This document shows positions 29,951-40,681 of a stretch of DNA of 64,000 nucleotides, in pieces. How positions within the stretch are numbered: the first letter of the stretch is position 1; each line of letters begins with the position of its first letter. The notes beneath the pieces were generated by a model, which was not told the DNA's origin, ran no database searches, and worked only from the letters and a program-made list of their open reading frames with translations. The translations under genes were made by a program, and so were the position numbers. The stretch is from Pseudomonadota bacterium. Lineage in GTDB: Bacteria > Pseudomonadota > Gammaproteobacteria > Burkholderiales > Rhodocyclaceae. The stretch lies in assembly GCA_022705135.1 (NCBI GenBank), contig JAKJFA010000001.1, positions 13,300-77,299 of the forward strand, read 5' to 3'.

Positions 29951-31447
29951 ATGGCTCTGGCCATCGTCCACAGCCGGGCGCTGGACGGCACCCAGGCGCC
30001 TCCCGTGACGGTGGAAGTCCATCTTGCCGGCGGTCTGCCCTCCGTCACTCTGGTTGGGCTGCCGGACACCGAGGTCAAGGAGGCGCGCGACCGGGTGCGG
30101 GCGGCGCTCGTTAATTCCGGCTTTGAGTTTCCGCAAAAGCGCATCACGGTCAATCTGGCGCCCGCCGACCTACCCAAGGAATCCGGCCGTTTCGACCTGC
30201 CCATCGCCCTCGGCATCCTGGCCGCCAGCGGGCAGATTCCGGCCAAGACACTGGCAGAATTCGAATTCGCCGGCGAACTCTCCCTTTCCGGCGAATTGCG
30301 CGCCATTCGCGGTGCCCTGGCCATGGCGCTCTCCAGCGCCGACGCCGGACGCGCCTTCGTCCTGCCCCGCATGAGCGCCCGCGAAGCTGCGCTGGCGGGA
30401 AATGTCGGCATCTACGGCGCAGACTCGCTACTCGAAGTTTGCGCCCATCTTTGCGGCCGGACGCAACTCACCGAGGAAAAGCCGGAGGCAGCGCAGATGC
30501 AGCCTTTTGGCCCCGATCTTTGCGATGTGCGGGGTCAGGCGCAGGCCAAGCGCGCCCTCGAAATCGCCGCCGCCGGCGAGCATTCGCTCCTAATGATGGG
30601 ACCGCCGGGAACCGGAAAATCAATGCTGGCGATGCGCCTGCCGGGGATCATGCCGCAACTTGAACTGACGGCGGCGCGGCAGTCGGCGGCAGTCTTGTCG
30701 CTGGCCGGTCAGTTCACGCCGGAAAAATTCGGCCAGCGTCCTTTCCGCGCCCCACACCACACCGCCTCCGCCGTCGCGCTGGTGGGTGGTGGCAACCCAC
30801 CACGTCCGGGCGAAATTTCGTTGGCGCATCATGGCGTTCTTTTTTTGGATGAACTACCGGAATTTGACCGCAAGGTGCTCGAAGCCCTGCGCGAACCGCT
30901 GGAATCCGGCAGCATCCACATCGCCCGCGCCGCCCGCCACGCCATTTTCCCCGCCCGCTTCCAACTCGTTGCCGCCATGAACCCCTGCCCCTGCGGCTTT
31001 CACGGCGATGCTTCCGGACGCTGCCGCTGCACGCCCGATCAGGTGGCGCGCTATCGTAGCCGGCTATCGGGACCCTTCATCGACCGCATTGATCTGCTTG
31101 TTGAGGTTCCCTTGGTCGCACCCGAAACTTTGCAACAGGCCGCCGATGGCGAAACGTCCGAAGTCGTGCGTCAGCGCGTGACAGCAGCCCAGACAAAGCA
31201 GAGAGCGCGACAAGGCAAAAGCAACGCCGCCCTCACCGCCCGCGAAATCCACCAATACTGCCAGCCGGACGCTGCCGGTTCGGCACTATTGAACCAGATT
31301 GCCACCCGCTTGGGGTTTTCAGCGCGCGCCTTACACCGCGTGCTGCGCGTTGCCCGCAGCATCGCCGATCTCGCCGACAGCGCCGGTATCCAGTCGACGC
31401 ATATTGCCGAAGCCGCGCAATACCGGCGGTTGGCCAGACCGACCTAA
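29951..31447 (+). CDS. comM: YifB/ComM family Mg-chelatase-like ATPase
   Basis: 498 aa. N-terminal Lon-protease-like region (LVGLPDTEVKEARDRV). Walker A GPPGTGKS, Walker B LFLDELPEF. C-terminal Mg-chelatase tail. Confidence 0.9.
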   Translation: MALAIVHSRALDGTQAPPVTVEVHLAGGLPSVTLVGLPDTEVKEARDRVRAALVNSGFEFPQKRITVNLAPADLPKESGRFDLPIALGILAASGQIPAKTLAEFEFAGELSLSGELRAIRGALAMALSSADAGRAFVLPRMSAREAALAGNVGIYGADSLLEVCAHLCGRTQLTEEKPEAAQMQPFGPDLCDVRGQAQAKRALEIAAAGEHSLLMMGPPGTGKSMLAMRLPGIMPQLELTAARQSAAVLSLAGQFTPEKFGQRPFRAPHHTASAVALVGGGNPPRPGEISLAHHGVLFLDELPEFDRKVLEALREPLESGSIHIARAARHAIFPARFQLVAAMNPCPCGFHGDASGRCRCTPDQVARYRSRLSGPFIDRIDLLVEVPLVAPETLQQAADGETSEVVRQRVTAAQTKQRARQGKSNAALTAREIHQYCQPDAAGSALLNQIATRLGFSARALHRVLRVARSIADLADSAGIQSTHIAEAAQYRRLARPT

Positions 31448-31543
31448 GAGGAATACCTTGATGAAAATCGAACCTGGCCCCTTATTTCCTTGAAAGCGTA
31501 GTCTATCCTTTATTATTGATGCTCAACTTTATTATTGGGCCTT

Positions 31544-32056
31544 ATGAAACGACCGTCGACCGCCTCTGATCACCTTGAATGGGAGTCGCTTGTTGGGCGC
31601 GCCCTTCTTAGGTTCGGAGACATCGAGTACGTCTCCGTTCGGTGCTTGGATGTGATACCGGGCGAGAGAGTTTTCGCTTCCACGGCGGGCCTGGATTTCT
31701 CACGCAGAGTTGACGTCCTTCTCGAGATCCTAGACAACCGGAAGGAGTTGGCCCCACCGCTATCTCGGCTACGGTACGGGTTCAAGCGCGCCAAGGAACT
31801 TGCCAAAACGAGAAACCTAATAGCCCACAACCCCTTAATGTTGAACCTATACGTCAATCCTGAGACGCAGGAGTCGAAAGCAATTTATCGGATTGACTCC
31901 GCTCGCTCGGGGAAGCATTCGATAACGCTAGATGAGTTAAAGGAATTCTCTGCCGAAGTAGATGATCTCGCCGCCACGATCTGGTTGGAGTTTGGGAATG
32001 TTGCTGGAGATGATGGCCAAATATGGAAAGAGTTCACTTACATCTCGGAGCCGTGA
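31544..32056 (+). CDS. Hypothetical protein with HEPN-like Rx4H motif
   Basis: 170-aa ORF in a visibly AT-richer islet. All-helical-looking sequence with KELAKTRNLIAHNP (R-N-x3-H). No convincing SD, so the start (ATG 31544 versus TTG 31535) is uncertain. Confidence 0.5.
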   Translation: MKRPSTASDHLEWESLVGRALLRFGDIEYVSVRCLDVIPGERVFASTAGLDFSRRVDVLLEILDNRKELAPPLSRLRYGFKRAKELAKTRNLIAHNPLMLNLYVNPETQESKAIYRIDSARSGKHSITLDELKEFSAEVDDLAATIWLEFGNVAGDDGQIWKEFTYISEP

Positions 32057-32180
32057 TGCCCAACCCGCCGCGCCAGAGGGACGCTCCGCCGGAAATAATA
32101 GGGGACACCCACGGTTTTCGTTGGTCGATTGTGCTGAAAACCGGCTCAAATCATAAAAACACGCAGTAAGGAAAACCTAC

Positions 32181-32810
32181 ATGAAAGAAAGCCTTGCCAT
32201 TCTGCCCTGCCTGCTGCTTGCCCTCGCCCTGCCTCTGGAGGTGTTTGCCATGCCCCCCAAAACCAAAGCGCCCGAAACCTGCAATCAGAAGCTGCTGATC
32301 ACGCGCGCCGATTGCCCCTGGGTCGGCATGACCGAAACCTACGAACGTGAACAGGCCAACAAATTGGTCAAGGCAAGCCCCATTGAAAAGCACCACACCC
32401 CCTTCCCTGCCCTTGCCAGCTTCGACCAGAAAAACATTCTGCTGGCCAAAAACGACCAAAGCAAAACGGTGCAAATCAACCAGAACTATTTCAGCGACCT
32501 GCGCCGGGGTGACGCGACGCGGCTGGCCAAGAATGCCGAGCACGCCATTGGCACTTTCCGCGATCTCGCCTTCAAACGCCTGTCGCCGGCCAAACTGGTC
32601 GAATTCCTGCTGCTGGCGCAAATCGTCGAAACCTACTGGCATCTGGAAGCCGATCTCTGCCTGACCGGCGAAGAAGACAAGGACGACAGCTACCGCGCCG
32701 ATTTTCGCGGCATGCACCGCTATTGCACCAACCGCTGCGAGGAGGAAGCCTTCGCCTTCTCGATCCGCATCGACAAGAAGACCGGCGCCATGACGCTGAT
32801 CGGCCGGTAG
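32181..32810 (+). CDS. Hypothetical secreted protein
   Basis: AAGGAAA SD. Signal peptide MKESLAILPCLLLALALPLEVFA. Five Cys in the mature part. The opposite-strand ORF 32151-32822 looks like an antisense artefact. Confidence 0.55.
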   Translation: MKESLAILPCLLLALALPLEVFAMPPKTKAPETCNQKLLITRADCPWVGMTETYEREQANKLVKASPIEKHHTPFPALASFDQKNILLAKNDQSKTVQINQNYFSDLRRGDATRLAKNAEHAIGTFRDLAFKRLSPAKLVEFLLLAQIVETYWHLEADLCLTGEEDKDDSYRADFRGMHRYCTNRCEEEAFAFSIRIDKKTGAMTLIGR

Positions 32811-32895
32811 CCTCTCCGGCACTGCAATTCCGCCCCCTGGAGAACACGGGGCCTGACAGCCCTCGCAATGACGGGCGCTTACTGCGACGGAAGTA

Positions 32896-33987
32896 TTAGA
32901 CGTTGAACAGGAAATTCAAAACGTCGCCGTCCTTGACGACGTAGTCCTTGCCTTCGGAACGCATCTTGCCGGCTTCCTTGGCGCCAACTTCACCCTTGCA
33001 GGCAATGAAGTCGTCGTAGGCAATGGTCTGAGCCCGGATAAAACCGCGCTCGAAATCGGTGTGGATGACGCCAGCAGCCTGCGGCGCCGTATCGCCTTGA
33101 TGGATGGTCCAGGCCCGTACTTCCTTGACCCCGGCGGTGAAATAGGTCTGCAGACCGAGCAGTTTGTAGCCGGCGTGGATCAGCCGATCCAGGCCGGGTT
33201 CGCTCAATCCGAGATCGGCCAGGAACATCTGCTTTTCCTCGTCGTCCAGATCGCCGATTTCAGCTTCAATGGCGGCGCAGACAGCGACGATTTCGGCCTT
33301 GCTGGTTACAGCATGCGCCTTGACGGCATCGAGATGAGGATTGTTCTCGAAACCGTCCTCCGCCACATTGGCAGCATACAGAACGGGCTTGGCCGTAATC
33401 AGGCAGAAGGGCTTCAGGTTGGCCCATTCTTCCTTCGAAAGATCGAGGGCGCGTACCGGCTTAGCCTCGTTAAGTTGAGCAAAGCATTTTTCCAGCACGG
33501 CAACCAGGAGCTTGGCTTCCTTGTCGCCGGCGCTGGCGGGCTTGCGGTACCGGTTGAGCGCCTTTTCCACCGTCGCCATGTCGGCCAGCGCCAACTCGGT
33601 GTCGATGATTTCAATGTCGGAGATCGGGTCGATGCGGCCGCCGACATGCACGATATTGTCGTTGGCAAAGCAGCGCACGACATGGACGATGGCATCCGTT
33701 TCGCGGATGTTGGCCAGAAACTGGTTGCCCAGCCCTTCTCCTTTGGAAGCGCCCGCCACCAGCCCAGCAATATCGACGAATTCGACCGTGGCCGGTACAA
33801 CGCGCTGCGGCTTGACGATTTCGGCCAGCGCTTTCAGGCGCGGGTCCGGTACTTCAACGATGCCGACATTGGGCTCGATGGTACAGAAGGGATAGTTGTC
33901 GGCAGAAATGCCGGCCTTGGTCAGGGCATTGAAGAGGGTCGATTTGCCGACATTGGGCAGGCCAACGATGCCGCATTTGAGACTCAT
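32896..33987 (-). CDS. ychF: Ribosome-binding ATPase YchF
   Basis: Start trimmed to ATG 33987 ([23 protein letters not shown]). 363 aa. ATGA overlap with the pth stop. Confidence 0.95.
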   Translation of the reverse strand: MSLKCGIVGLPNVGKSTLFNALTKAGISADNYPFCTIEPNVGIVEVPDPRLKALAEIVKPQRVVPATVEFVDIAGLVAGASKGEGLGNQFLANIRETDAIVHVVRCFANDNIVHVGGRIDPISDIEIIDTELALADMATVEKALNRYRKPASAGDKEAKLLVAVLEKCFAQLNEAKPVRALDLSKEEWANLKPFCLITAKPVLYAANVAEDGFENNPHLDAVKAHAVTSKAEIVAVCAAIEAEIGDLDDEEKQMFLADLGLSEPGLDRLIHAGYKLLGLQTYFTAGVKEVRAWTIHQGDTAPQAAGVIHTDFERGFIRAQTIAYDDFIACKGEVGAKEAGKMRSEGKDYVVKDGDVLNFLFNV

Positions 33988-34571
33988 GGGTTTTCCTGAA
34001 TTTTGGGGTGTAACTGTTGCTGGGCGGCGGCGTAATCGCCGACGGCTAACTGCGGCCAGACGGCAAGGCAGCGGTCGAGCGCACGTTCGATTTCCGGCAA
34101 TTCTTCCTTCCGGGGCGGATGCAGGACGAAATCGGCAACGGGCTGTACCAATCCAAGTTCGCGCGGGTGGCCAATCCCCAGGCGCAAGCGCCAAAACTCC
34201 GGCGTGCCTAACCTGGACTGAATATCCCTCAGCCCGTTGTGGCCACCATTACCACCACCCTGCTTGATGCGGATGCTGCCCGGAACAAGATCGAGATCAT
34301 CGTGCACGATCAGGATTTCATCCGGCAAAATCTTGTAAAACTGCGCCAGCGCCAAAACCGACTGGCCGGAGCGATTCATGTAGGTCGTCGGCTCAAGCAG
34401 CCAAAGTTCTCCGGCACGGCCGGCGCGCCCGAAAAACTTGCCCTGCGGCAGCAGGCTGACGTTGAGCTTCTGTGCCAACTGGTCGACAAACCAGAAGCCG
34501 AGATTATGGCGCGTCGCCTCATATTCCGGGCCGGGATTGCCAAGGCCGACGACAAGACGTGGAGAGGTCAT
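33984..34571 (-). CDS. pth: Peptidyl-tRNA hydrolase
   Basis: 195 aa. [34 protein letters not shown]. Confidence 0.95.
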   Translation of the reverse strand: MTSPRLVVGLGNPGPEYEATRHNLGFWFVDQLAQKLNVSLLPQGKFFGRAGRAGELWLLEPTTYMNRSGQSVLALAQFYKILPDEILIVHDDLDLVPGSIRIKQGGGNGGHNGLRDIQSRLGTPEFWRLRLGIGHPRELGLVQPVADFVLHPPRKEELPEIERALDRCLAVWPQLAVGDYAAAQQQLHPKIQENP

Positions 34572-34578
34572 AGGTCAG

Positions 34579-34610
34579 AAAAAAGCCGCCCCAAAGGGTG
34601 GCGGCTTTTT
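34579..34610 (-). terminator. Rho-independent terminator after rplY
   Basis: GCCGCC-accctttgg-GGCGGC flanked by A6/T6 runs, 17 nt after the rplY stop. Confidence 0.65.
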
Positions 34611-34626
34611 CAAGAGACCAAGGCAA

Positions 34627-35265
34627 TCAGGCAGCAGCAGCGGGCGCGGCAGTGTCCTCACCGCCTTCCTCAGTGGTTTGTTCTTCTTCCTCCGACCCGC
34701 CACCCCTGCCAACGACGGTGACCACGATCGGATCGTCGCTGCCGTGCGCGACCACCTTGACACCCTTGGGCAAGGTCAGTCCGGAGACGTGAATGTTCTG
34801 GCCGATATTCAGCGTCGACAAATCGACCTCGATGAAGCTGGGCAGATCGGCCGGCAGACAAGCAATGTCAATTTCGGTCATGATGTGGTTGGCCATACCA
34901 CCGGAAACCTTGACCCCCGGGGCGATGTCGGCGTTGATGAAGTGCAGCGGCACCTTGATGTGCAGCTCATGGGTCGCATCGACGCGCTGAAAATCGATAT
35001 GCAGAACCAACGGCTTGTACGGGTGGAACTGCACATCGCGCAGCAGCACCTGTTGTTTTTTGCCGTCGACCGCCAGATCAAGAACGGAAGAGCGAAAGGC
35101 TTCTTTTCTGAGGTTGAGCAGCAACTGATTGTGGTCAAGTTCGATAGACTGCGGTGCCTCGCTGCCTCCATAAACGATGCCAGGAACTTTGCTGGCACGG
35201 CGGAGACGGCGGCTCGCACCCCTTCCCTGCTGAACGCGCTGTTGCGCAGTGATTTCAAATTGCAT
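34627..35265 (-). CDS. rplY: 50S ribosomal protein L25 / general stress protein Ctc
   Basis: Start trimmed to ATG 35265 with AGGAG SD. MQFEITAQQRVQQGRGASRRLRRASKVPGIVYG... with an acidic C-terminal tail. 212 aa. Confidence 0.95.
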   Translation of the reverse strand: MQFEITAQQRVQQGRGASRRLRRASKVPGIVYGGSEAPQSIELDHNQLLLNLRKEAFRSSVLDLAVDGKKQQVLLRDVQFHPYKPLVLHIDFQRVDATHELHIKVPLHFINADIAPGVKVSGGMANHIMTEIDIACLPADLPSFIEVDLSTLNIGQNIHVSGLTLPKGVKVVAHGSDDPIVVTVVGRGGGSEEEEQTTEEGGEDTAAPAAAA

Positions 35266-35315
35266 GGTGACTCCTAAAGTTTCCGGCCCGCGACCAGACC
35301 GGAGGTTGAAAAAAA

Positions 35316-36266
35316 TCAGTCGATAAAAAGCGAGGAAACCGAGTCTTCGCTGCTGATGCGGCGGATGATCTCGGCCAGAATCTTGGCCACAGAAAGTTGC
35401 CGGATGCGCGGTGAAGATTCGGCATCGCTGCGCAGGGGAATGGTATCGGTCACCACCAGGGCATCGAGATCGGAAGAATTGAGCCGCTCGACGGCGGCTC
35501 CGGAAAGCACCGGATGCGTGCAGTAGGCATAGACCTGCCGGGCGCCATGCTGCTTGAGCGCAGTGGCCGCCTTGCACAAGGTGCCCGCTGTGTCGACCAT
35601 GTCGTCCATGATGATGCAGGTGCGGCCCGAAACCTCGCCGATGATGTTCATCACTTCGGTGTCGTTGGCCTTGGGACGGCGCTTGTCGATGATGGCCAGA
35701 TCGCACTCCAGACGCTTGGCCAGCGACCGCGCACGCAGGACGCCGCCATGATCGGGCGAAACCACGATGATGTTTTCGTAATGCTGCTTGCGGATATCGT
35801 CCAGCAGAATCGGCATGGCGTAGACGTTATCGACCGGAATGTCGAAAAAGCCCTGGATCTGCTCGGCGTGCAAATCCATGGTCAGGACGCGGTCGACGCC
35901 AGCGGCCACCAGCATGTTGGCCACCAGTTTGGCGGCAATCGGCACGCGCAAGGAACGCGAGCGCCGATCCTGGCGGGCATAGCCAAAATAGGGGATGGCT
36001 GCCGTGATGCGCCCGGCCGAGGCCCGTTTCAGGGCATCGACCATAATCAGCAATTCCATCAGGTTATCGTTGGTCGGCGTGCAGGTCGATTGCAGGACGA
36101 ACACGTCGTTGCCGCGCACATGCTCCTGCACCTCGACGCTCACTTCACCATCGGAAAAGCGGCCGACATCGGCACGCCCGATTTCGATTCCCAATTCCTT
36201 CGCCACATCGGCAGCCAAACGCGGATTGGCATTGCCGGTAAAAATCATCAAGTTATCGTAGGCCAT
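35316..36266 (-). CDS. prs: Ribose-phosphate pyrophosphokinase
   Basis: 316 aa. [31 protein letters not shown]. Confidence 0.95.
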   Translation of the reverse strand: MAYDNLMIFTGNANPRLAADVAKELGIEIGRADVGRFSDGEVSVEVQEHVRGNDVFVLQSTCTPTNDNLMELLIMVDALKRASAGRITAAIPYFGYARQDRRSRSLRVPIAAKLVANMLVAAGVDRVLTMDLHAEQIQGFFDIPVDNVYAMPILLDDIRKQHYENIIVVSPDHGGVLRARSLAKRLECDLAIIDKRRPKANDTEVMNIIGEVSGRTCIIMDDMVDTAGTLCKAATALKQHGARQVYAYCTHPVLSGAAVERLNSSDLDALVVTDTIPLRSDAESSPRIRQLSVAKILAEIIRRISSEDSVSSLFID

Positions 36267-36348
36267 TCGGGCTTCCCTCCGCCTCTTCCCTGTAGGAGAA
36301 CGGTCAAAGCAAAGCGGGCAGGCTGTTCAAACCTGCCCGAAAAATCTT

Positions 36349-36425
36349 TGGCTGGGGAAGAAGGATTCGAACCTTCGAATGCCGGAATCAAAATCCGGTG
36401 CCTTAACCTACTTGGCGACTCCCCA
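36349..36425 (-). tRNA. tRNA-Gln (anticodon UUG), CCA encoded
   Basis: The minus strand reads TGGGGAGTCGCCAAGTAGGTTAAGGCACCGGATTTTGATTCCGGCATTCGAAGGTTCGAATCCTTCTTCCCCAGCCA. A cloverleaf can be drawn: 7-bp acceptor stem, anticodon loop TTTTGAT, T-loop GGTTCGAATCC. Confidence 0.95.
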
Positions 36426-36540
36426 GTAGTTCCTCACAACGATCGGCTCGTTCGAGAGGGCCGAATGTTACCGAAAATAGGCATCAAAATCCATACCCCG
36501 CAGCGCTTTTTTCACCTCACTGCGCTTTCGAGATAAGAAA

Positions 36541-37395
36541 TTACATGCACAGCGGATGAGCAGACAGTCCTTCGGCGATCCAGGCTGTAAGCCCTTCAGG
36601 AAGCTGCGCCAGAACAGCCTCGGCCGCGTCCGGCGTGGGAAACTCGGCAAAAACGCAGGCGCCGGAACCCGTCATGCGGGCCGGAGCCAATTGCCGCAGA
36701 CAGGCCAGTGCTTCCGCCACCGGAGGGAAACGGCTGCAGGCCACCGCTTCCAGATCATTGCGGCCAAAACCGGAGCGCCAATCCGTTGCAGCGATGGCCG
36801 GCGTATCGCGCCTCAATTCGGGCGCGCCGAAGATCAGGGCAGTGGAAACCTGCACGGCCGGTTCGAACACCAGATACCAGGCCGGCGGCACCTCGACCGG
36901 CGTCAACTTCTCGCCCACGCCCTCGGCAAAGGCATTTTCGCCATTGATGAAAACAGGAACATCGGCACCGAGGCCCAGGCCGATTTCCTGCAGGCGCGAC
37001 CGCGAAAAACCGATGCCCCAGAGCTGGTTAAGCGCCACCAGCACGGTGGCGGCGTCCGAACTGCCCCCCCCCAGCCCGCCTCCCATGGGCAAGCGCTTTT
37101 CCAGAACGATGTCGACGCCCTGGCGGCAGGCGCTGGCCGACTGCAGCAGGCGGGCCGCCCGCACGGTCAAGTCCTGTTCCGGCGGCACGCCCGGAATCGG
37201 CGTCAACAGGCAGATTTCACCGTCATCGCGCGGCGCAAAGCGCAGCAAATCGGAGCGGTCGATGAAGCGAAAAACGCTTTGCAGCAGGTGATAGCCGTCG
37301 GGACGACGCCCGACGACGTGCAGAAACAGGTTGAGCTTGGCCGGCGCCGGCCAGACGCTGTCCCAGCCGCGCCGCGTCAGGGATTGATCTGCCAT
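36541..37395 (-). CDS. ispE: 4-diphosphocytidyl-2-C-methyl-D-erythritol kinase
   Basis: 284 aa. WPAPAKLNLFLHV, KRLPMGGGLGGGSSDAA (GHMP kinase motif). Confidence 0.95.
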   Translation of the reverse strand: MADQSLTRRGWDSVWPAPAKLNLFLHVVGRRPDGYHLLQSVFRFIDRSDLLRFAPRDDGEICLLTPIPGVPPEQDLTVRAARLLQSASACRQGVDIVLEKRLPMGGGLGGGSSDAATVLVALNQLWGIGFSRSRLQEIGLGLGADVPVFINGENAFAEGVGEKLTPVEVPPAWYLVFEPAVQVSTALIFGAPELRRDTPAIAATDWRSGFGRNDLEAVACSRFPPVAEALACLRQLAPARMTGSGACVFAEFPTPDAAEAVLAQLPEGLTAWIAEGLSAHPLCM

Positions 37396-37988
37396 TCTTC
37401 GATCCTCAACCGTAATTCGAATTCTCCCTCGCGCCGCACGGTCAGGCGCGACGGCAAGGCGCCCACAGCCTCATCCTCATAAGCGTAGCCGATCTCCCAG
37501 CCCGCATCAGTCAACTGGCTCGGGCGTCCCTGCGCATCGCGCAACAGGCTGCCGGCGCCACTAAAATGGCCCAGGAGCCATCGGGGTAATTGATCGACCG
37601 GCAACGGGTATGCCCAAAAACTTTTCAGTAATGTCGCCGCGTCCCGGGCCTGCCGTTCCTCGCCCGAGGCCAGACGCAGCCTTGCGCCGGAGGCCGTGCT
37701 GGACAATTCCGCCAGTCCCTGCCCGAGCGGGCCGGAAAACACGATGTGGTCGGATTCGCCGTCATGGCGCCAGATCAAACGCCCGCTCGCGCCCTGCCCC
37801 GGCTCCGTTTTTGACGGGTCAGGTTCAAGACGCAGGCTGAAACGGGCCTCGATCTGAAAGCTGCGGAGTTCTTCCCGCGCAAGCCCCTCGGGTGCGCGCA
37901 AAGGAGCGGCACAAGCCGTCAGCAACAAAATCAGGAGCAAAAGCAGGGCGCGCGCACTCATGGCTTCCCGCGAATTCAATCGCAACAT
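37377..37988 (-). CDS. lolB: Outer-membrane lipoprotein LolB
   Basis: Lipobox LLLTAC. ATG 37988 overlaps the upstream TGA (ATGA). An alternative start is ATG 37961. The conserved position between the TPR gene and ispE supports the call. Confidence 0.8.
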   Translation of the reverse strand: MLRLNSREAMSARALLLLLILLLTACAAPLRAPEGLAREELRSFQIEARFSLRLEPDPSKTEPGQGASGRLIWRHDGESDHIVFSGPLGQGLAELSSTASGARLRLASGEERQARDAATLLKSFWAYPLPVDQLPRWLLGHFSGAGSLLRDAQGRPSQLTDAGWEIGYAYEDEAVGALPSRLTVRREGEFELRLRIEEWQINP

Positions 37989-39679
37989 CAGGGCTGAAAT
38001 TTCTTGATCGTAGCCGAAAGCGCCTCATTGTCCGGGTATTGTTCGGCGGCGCTGCGCCAGATGGCCCGCGCCTCGTCCTGCCGCCCAAGCACCCACAGCA
38101 CCTCGCCGATGTGGGCGGCAATTTCGGGGTCGGACCGGAGCTTGTAGGCGGCCTGGAGGAGTTGCAGTCCCTCCTCGATCTTGCCCTGGCGAAAGAGAAC
38201 CCAGCCCAGACTGTCCATGATAAAGGGATTCTGCGGACTGAGATCGGAGGCCTTTTTGATGAGGTCGTAGGCTTCGTCCAGGCGGACATTCCGATCCGCC
38301 AGGGAATATCCCAAGGCATTCAGGGCGTGAGCGTCATCCGGTTTCAGGGCTATGAGGCGCCGCAGGCGGGCTTCAAACACTTCGATCCGGCCGAGGCGCT
38401 CGGCGGTCAATGCACTTTCGTACAACAGTTCGGGATCGTCCGGCGATTCGTTCAACAACCGGTCCAGCACCTCGAACGCTTCGCCGGAGCGCTTGCCCTC
38501 GCGCAGCACACTCGCCTCCGCCAAACCCAGACGCAAGCGCTCTTCCTTGGTCTGGGCCTTGCTTTGTCGCAGCATTGATAGCGCTTCATCGAAACGCCCC
38601 TGGCGGGTCAGAATCAAGGCGGCGCGGCCCTTGGCCCTCAGGTACTGATCGCCGGCGATCACCTGTTGATAATGCACCAACGCCGCCCCCATATTTTTTT
38701 CTTCTTCTTCGATTTCGCCCAGATAGTAATGCACCGTGCTCTTGTCCGGGAACGTACCGGAAAGCAGGCGCTCCAGTATCGCCCGGGCGCTTGTCCGGTC
38801 ATCCTGCTGCAAGGCCAGCATGGCCGCCGGGAAAAGCGCCTCCGGACTATCGGGGTAATCTTCCAGAATGCGGCTGAACTGCGCGCGCGCCTGTTCGTAG
38901 GCTTTTTCGCCCAGCAGAAGACGGGCCAGCATCAGCCGCGCATCGGCTGCTTTGGGGTTGTCATCGACAAAACGGCGCAGGAAGGCGAGCGCCTCGGCCG
39001 GAGCAGTCTTGGCCAGCGCTCTGGCATGGACGAGGGCAGCCGGTTCCCAGTCGGGCCGCAGTTCGAGGGCCTTCAACGCCTCGTCCTGCGCCTGCTGCTG
39101 TTCGTCCGCCGCCAGAGCGGCAACCGCCATGGCATAGTGCGCCTCGGCCATTCCGGCATAAGGCGAAGCCACTTTGCGGACCAGCCGGCTGACCGCTGCC
39201 CGGTCCGGCTGCCGCGCCAGCATGCGGTTAAGATAAAGAAGGTGCTCGGCCAATCTCTCTTTATCCAGTTCCAGCATCAGCGCGATTTGCTGCGTCAACT
39301 CGTCCAGCCGGTTGAGCTGCACCAGGGCTGCCGTGATCGCCTGCTGGGCGCGGAAGGACTGCGGATCGTTCTGGCTCCACAACCGCGCCATTTCAAGCGC
39401 CAGCTCGAACAGGCGGCTGTCGGTGGCGATCTCGAAAGCACGCTGCAGGACGCGGGGGTCCTTGCTGCGCCGGGCAAGATCGACATAGGCGCTGAGCGCG
39501 ACATCCGGCTTGCCCCGATCCAGGGCGATTTCCCCAAGCAAGACCTCAAACACAGCACGGGGCAACAGATCCTCTCCACCCTGTTGTGGAACGACGGACG
39601 CCTTGGCCGGGCGCGCGTGGGCCACCGGCAATAAAAAGGCAGAACAGGCGAGGAGAACGATGAGCAGCTTGCGGAACAT
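37988..39679 (-). CDS. Tetratricopeptide-repeat protein with signal peptide
   Basis: 563 aa. MFRKLLIVLLACSAFLLPVAHA, then many TPR-like A/L/Y-rich 34-aa units. Confidence 0.85.
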   Translation of the reverse strand: MFRKLLIVLLACSAFLLPVAHARPAKASVVPQQGGEDLLPRAVFEVLLGEIALDRGKPDVALSAYVDLARRSKDPRVLQRAFEIATDSRLFELALEMARLWSQNDPQSFRAQQAITAALVQLNRLDELTQQIALMLELDKERLAEHLLYLNRMLARQPDRAAVSRLVRKVASPYAGMAEAHYAMAVAALAADEQQQAQDEALKALELRPDWEPAALVHARALAKTAPAEALAFLRRFVDDNPKAADARLMLARLLLGEKAYEQARAQFSRILEDYPDSPEALFPAAMLALQQDDRTSARAILERLLSGTFPDKSTVHYYLGEIEEEEKNMGAALVHYQQVIAGDQYLRAKGRAALILTRQGRFDEALSMLRQSKAQTKEERLRLGLAEASVLREGKRSGEAFEVLDRLLNESPDDPELLYESALTAERLGRIEVFEARLRRLIALKPDDAHALNALGYSLADRNVRLDEAYDLIKKASDLSPQNPFIMDSLGWVLFRQGKIEEGLQLLQAAYKLRSDPEIAAHIGEVLWVLGRQDEARAIWRSAAEQYPDNEALSATIKKFQP

Positions 39680-39806
39680 GGCAGGATCGTGTGAACTGTA
39701 GGTTGGTCACAAAACGCCGCAGAAGGTTCCGCGGCAGGGTATCGCGATGGTATTCCATTTCGGCCGCCTTCGCGACAACAAGACGATCGTTCAGCAGGGA
39801 TACCCC

Positions 39807-40634
39807 ATGCCGGAATTGCCCGAAGTCGAAGTTTGCCGCCTCAGTCTGCTGCCCGCCCTGGCCGGCCAGCGCGTGACCGGCGTCCGGACAAGCACCAAGG
39901 ACTTGCGCCAGCCCTTGCCCGCGGAACTGCACCATACTCTTGCCGGCCGGCGCATCGTCGACATCATCCGGCGCGGCAAATACCTGCTCTTCGACTGCCG
40001 ACGCGGTCGTCAGCGCGGCTGGCTCATCATCCATCTCGGCATGTCGGGCAACCTGCATTTCGTCCCCGCTGGACAGGCTCCAGGACGCCACGATCACTTC
40101 GATTTGCTGACCAATCGGCCAATCCTGCGTTTCACTGATCCGCGCCGCTTCGGCCTCATCCTTTGGCACGACGGCGCCGATCCGGAAGGGCACCCGCTCC
40201 TGGCTGGTCTCGGTATCGAACCCCTGTCCGAGGAATTTTCCGGTAAGTGGCTGTACAGAGCCTTCCGGCAGCGCAGCGCGCCGGTCAAAAACGTCTTGAT
40301 GGATGCCCGAACCATTGCCGGCATCGGCAATATCTACGCTTCGGAAAGCCTCTTTCGCGCCGGTATTTCCCCCTTGCGTGCTGCCAACCGCGTCAGCCTG
40401 GCGGCCTGCCTGCGGCTCGCAAAAACGATCCGCGAAACGCTGCAGGAAGCCATCTCCGCCGGCGGCAGCAGCATCCGCGACTACCGGCACAGTGACGGCG
40501 GCAGCGGCTGTTTCCAACTCGAATATGCGGTTTATGGTCGAGAGCACCAGCCCTGCCCGCGCTGCGGCGGCACGGTGCGCAAAATCCGCCAAGCCGGAAG
40601 AAGCAGCTATTACTGCCCAGGCTGCCAGAAGTGA
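39807..40634 (+). CDS. mutM: Formamidopyrimidine-DNA glycosylase
   Basis: Start trimmed to ATG 39807 (MPELPEVEV...). C-terminal zinc finger CPRCGGTVRKIRQAGRSSYYCPGCQ. Confidence 0.95.
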   Translation: MPELPEVEVCRLSLLPALAGQRVTGVRTSTKDLRQPLPAELHHTLAGRRIVDIIRRGKYLLFDCRRGRQRGWLIIHLGMSGNLHFVPAGQAPGRHDHFDLLTNRPILRFTDPRRFGLILWHDGADPEGHPLLAGLGIEPLSEEFSGKWLYRAFRQRSAPVKNVLMDARTIAGIGNIYASESLFRAGISPLRAANRVSLAACLRLAKTIRETLQEAISAGGSSIRDYRHSDGGSGCFQLEYAVYGREHQPCPRCGGTVRKIRQAGRSSYYCPGCQK

Positions 40635-40681
40635 GAAATCACCATACAAATTGTGGCAAACCGCCAGACACATTATCGTCC

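Noticed and set aside
32151-32822. 223-aa minus-strand ORF opposite the secreted-protein ORF
   Set aside because: Gly/Ala/Phe/Gln-rich shadow-like sequence with no SD. The plus-strand alternative has an SD and a clear signal peptide. The choice is not certain.
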